Source: Magnetococcales bacterium (lineage in GTDB: Bacteria; Pseudomonadota; Magnetococcia; Magnetococcales; UBA8363). Taken from it: a stretch of DNA of 64,000 nucleotides. Shown here piece after piece: positions 61,586 to 64,000 of the stretch (positions are counted from its first letter, which is position 1; every line of letters starts with the position of its first letter). The position numbers and the translations under genes were made by a program. The notes beneath the pieces were generated by a model. That model saw only the letters and a program-made list of their open reading frames with translations. It ran no database searches and was not told where the DNA came from. The DNA is taken from assembly GCA_015660855.1 (NCBI GenBank), contig JACSDG010000054.1, forward strand, positions 1,981 to 65,980, written 5' to 3'.

Positions 61586-63031
61586 GTGATCCTTGAATCG
61601 CTCCAATGGTTGAAAGCCGGCAAGGGCGGAGAGGTCGTGACAAGCCTTAAACCGTTGCTCAAGCAATTCCCAGGCCACTCACGTTTGCATCATCTGCTGG
61701 GATTGGCTTATGAACAATGTGATGATTTCACCAACGCCATCCATCATGTCAGCCGTGCCATAGCCCTCCAACCGGATCAGGTGGAGGCGTACAAATCATT
61801 GGCCCTTCTCCTGAAAAAAACGGGGAAAACCCAAGTCGCCCTGGCCAGAATCCTCGATGCTCTCAGGCTCGAACCTGAGCGTCCCGATCTGCATTTTGTG
61901 CTGGGTGATATTTGCATGGACCAGGGGATGATGAAACCGGCCATGGATGGTTTTGCCCAGGCCATCAACCTCCAACCGGAATTTTTGGCCGCATGGATCA
62001 ACCTGGGCCTTTGTCACAAAGCGATGGGACAATTGCATCAGGCCCGGCTTTGTTTTGAACACGCCGTGACCATGGATGGCCAAGCCCCCCATGCCCATGT
62101 CAACCTTGCCCTGACGCTACTGCTTCTGGGCGAGTACGGGAAGGGGTTTGACGCGTTTGAATGGCGTTTTCAACTCCCCGAAGGGCACGGGCTTGCCGTC
62201 CCCCCCCCTGTGGACATTCCCCGTTGGAATGGCGAACCTGTATCGGGCAAAAAAATTCTTGTCATTGCGGAACAGGGCTATGGAGACACCATCCAGTTTG
62301 TCCGTTTTCTTCCCCTCATGCAATCCCTTGGAGCAGAAACGTTTACGGTCGTAGCCAGCCCCCTGGAACCTTTGCTCAAAGGACAACCGGGCATGGGCCG
62401 GGTACAATCATCGATGGCTTGGGAAGTAAAAATGGATTACCATGTTCCTATGATGAGCCTGGGGAAAGTTTTTGCGCGTTCCCTGGAGCAAATTCCCACG
62501 CATCACCCCTATCTTTTTGCCGATCCTGAAAAATCCCGGCATTGGCACCAGTGTCTTCCCAGGGATTGTTTCAAGATTGGTTTGGTATGGGAGGGCAAAC
62601 CTTTGCACAAGAACGATCCCTTGCGGCGGCGTTCGGCCAGCCTTGCCGCTTTGGCTCCCCTGGCCCAAGGAAATGAAAACATATTGTTTGTCAGCCTGCA
62701 AAGGGATGCCCCCCGCGAGCAACTCGGTCTCCCCCCGAACACGATGAAACTGTGGGATGCGGGGCCGCAGATACACAACTTTGCCGACGCTGCGGCGATC
62801 ATGGACAATCTGGATCTGATCATCACCATCGATACCGCCACGGCACACATGGCGGGAGCCTTGAACAAGCCGGTCTGGGTTTTGCTGCCCATGGCTCCGG
62901 ACTGGCGTTGGGGCATAGATCGAAACGTATCACCCTGGTACCCAAGTTCCAGGCTCTACCGACAAACCCGACCCAACCATTGGCAAGAACCGGTGGAACA
63001 GATGCTTGCAGACTTGAAAAATTGGCCATGA
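61586..63031 (+). CDS. TPR plus GT-B (GT9-like) glycosyltransferase
   Basis: TPRs, EQGYGDTIQF, IGLVWEG, IDTATAHMAGAL, DWRW, SPWYP. Confidence 0.9.
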   Translation: MILESLQWLKAGKGGEVVTSLKPLLKQFPGHSRLHHLLGLAYEQCDDFTNAIHHVSRAIALQPDQVEAYKSLALLLKKTGKTQVALARILDALRLEPERPDLHFVLGDICMDQGMMKPAMDGFAQAINLQPEFLAAWINLGLCHKAMGQLHQARLCFEHAVTMDGQAPHAHVNLALTLLLLGEYGKGFDAFEWRFQLPEGHGLAVPPPVDIPRWNGEPVSGKKILVIAEQGYGDTIQFVRFLPLMQSLGAETFTVVASPLEPLLKGQPGMGRVQSSMAWEVKMDYHVPMMSLGKVFARSLEQIPTHHPYLFADPEKSRHWHQCLPRDCFKIGLVWEGKPLHKNDPLRRRSASLAALAPLAQGNENILFVSLQRDAPREQLGLPPNTMKLWDAGPQIHNFADAAAIMDNLDLIITIDTATAHMAGALNKPVWVLLPMAPDWRWGIDRNVSPWYPSSRLYRQTRPNHWQEPVEQMLADLKNWP

Positions 63032-64000
63032 GCAAAGACGAGCACCACAACCTGTTACAACAGGCCAGCGAATTTTATTCCCAAGGCAATCTTGCCAAGG
63101 CGGGTGCCCTGGCCAATCAGGTGTATGGCCGCGAGCCTGACAATCATCAAGCCCTTTACATATTGGCGATGATCGCCAACGCCACCGGGCGTGACACCTT
63201 GGCGGTGACCCTGTTGCAACAAGCCATCTCCATCCATTCCCGCCACCCTTACTATCATTTTCACCTGGGCAGCATTCTCCAGGGGCAGGACAGGTTGGAG
63301 CGGGCCAAGGAGGCGTATCGTGCGGCTTTGGAGTTGAAGCCCGATTTTGGCGAGGCCCATTTGAATCTGGGGAACATTTTGTTTGCCGAGGGGGATTTTC
63401 AGGGAGCCAAAAAAAATTTTCTGACAGCGACCATCTGCAATCCCAAGCATACTCAAGCCTATTATAATCTGGCCATCCTGGCCCAGGAGGGAGGAGATCA
63501 TGCCGAGGCATTGATTTTTATCGATCAGTCCCTGCGCTGCCAGCCCGACTACCCCCAGGCCCACATGGCCAAAGCTTTTTCCTTGCTGATGCTGGAGCGT
63601 TTTGCCGAGGGATGGCAGGAATATGAATGGCGCTGGCGCATGGAAAACCTTTCCCCAAGGATCTGCCCGAAACCGCGTTGGCAGGGGGAATCCATCCAGG
63701 GATTGTCCATCTACGTCTATACCGAGCAGGGGTTTGGCGATGCCATCATGGCAGGTCGTTATCTCAAACTGTTAAAATCCCAAGGAGCGAAAGTCCATTT
63801 TGAGTGCAAACCGGAACTTTACTCTCTTTTTGCCAACGCCGATCTGGCGGACAAACTCCATGCCCGGCATCCCGGCGATACCGAACCCCCTCCTTTCGAT
63901 TATGATCTGCACCTGCCCATTTTGAGTTTACCCGGTTTTTTTACCCAATCCATTGCCGACATCCCCAAAGAAATTCCTTATCTTAAAGGAGATCCTTTGC
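63028..64000 (+). CDS. TPR plus GT-B glycosyltransferase, runs off the right edge
   Basis: Manual translation from the ATGA overlap: MSKDEHHNLL...TPRs...GWQEYEWRWR...YTEQGFGDAI. Confidence 0.88.
   Translation, partial: MSKDEHHNLLQQASEFYSQGNLAKAGALANQVYGREPDNHQALYILAMIANATGRDTLAVTLLQQAISIHSRHPYYHFHLGSILQGQDRLERAKEAYRAALELKPDFGEAHLNLGNILFAEGDFQGAKKNFLTATICNPKHTQAYYNLAILAQEGGDHAEALIFIDQSLRCQPDYPQAHMAKAFSLLMLERFAEGWQEYEWRWRMENLSPRICPKPRWQGESIQGLSIYVYTEQGFGDAIMAGRYLKLLKSQGAKVHFECKPELYSLFANADLADKLHARHPGDTEPPPFDYDLHLPILSLPGFFTQSIADIPKEIPYLKGDPL

Noticed and set aside
1-64000. tRNA, rRNA and magnetosome (mam/mms) genes
   Set aside because: None recognised by eye. The TPR and PDZ proteins have GT and ChaN architectures, not MamA/MamE/MamP.

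Overview
Bacterial chromosomal window, mostly about 55% GC by eye. The gene set and the dense intergenic hairpin repeats suggest a Magnetococcales-like proteobacterium (inference; no magnetosome genes seen). 1-17.4 kb: GGDEF cyclase, solo flagellin, orphan pstS, PilZ protein, three DUF1640/CCDC90-like coiled-coil proteins, ChaN-PDZ, moeB, an orphan Trypco1 gene next to a REC-HD-GYP regulator, two TPR-glycosyltransferases and three repeat-rich exported proteins. 17.5-27.8 kb: a 3463-aa FecR/Ig/FG-GAP/RTX giant protein. 27.9-32.8 kb: accessory hotspot with Fic, abutting fragments of hsdR, a TPR gene, IS1634 and a DGR-like reverse transcriptase, GTCCCC repeats, and an AT-rich two-gene operon (patatin plus a CxCxxC TIM-barrel-like protein). 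That operon is the best candidate for an undescribed system. 33-53 kb: hpf, oadA/pycB, hisG-gph-hpt-metW-metX, SNF2, macAB with an outer membrane factor, SulP-STAS-cNMP, aspC and a cytochrome c. 54-64 kb: a second fragment cluster, a Maf plus legionaminic-acid-like glycosylation cluster, and two more TPR-glycosyltransferases. A modular MITE/REP-like repeat family occupies about 11 intergenic sites. Three genes are broken by apparent multi-nucleotide deletions, either real pseudogenisation or collapsed assembly gaps. All family calls come from motif recognition by eye; no searches were run.
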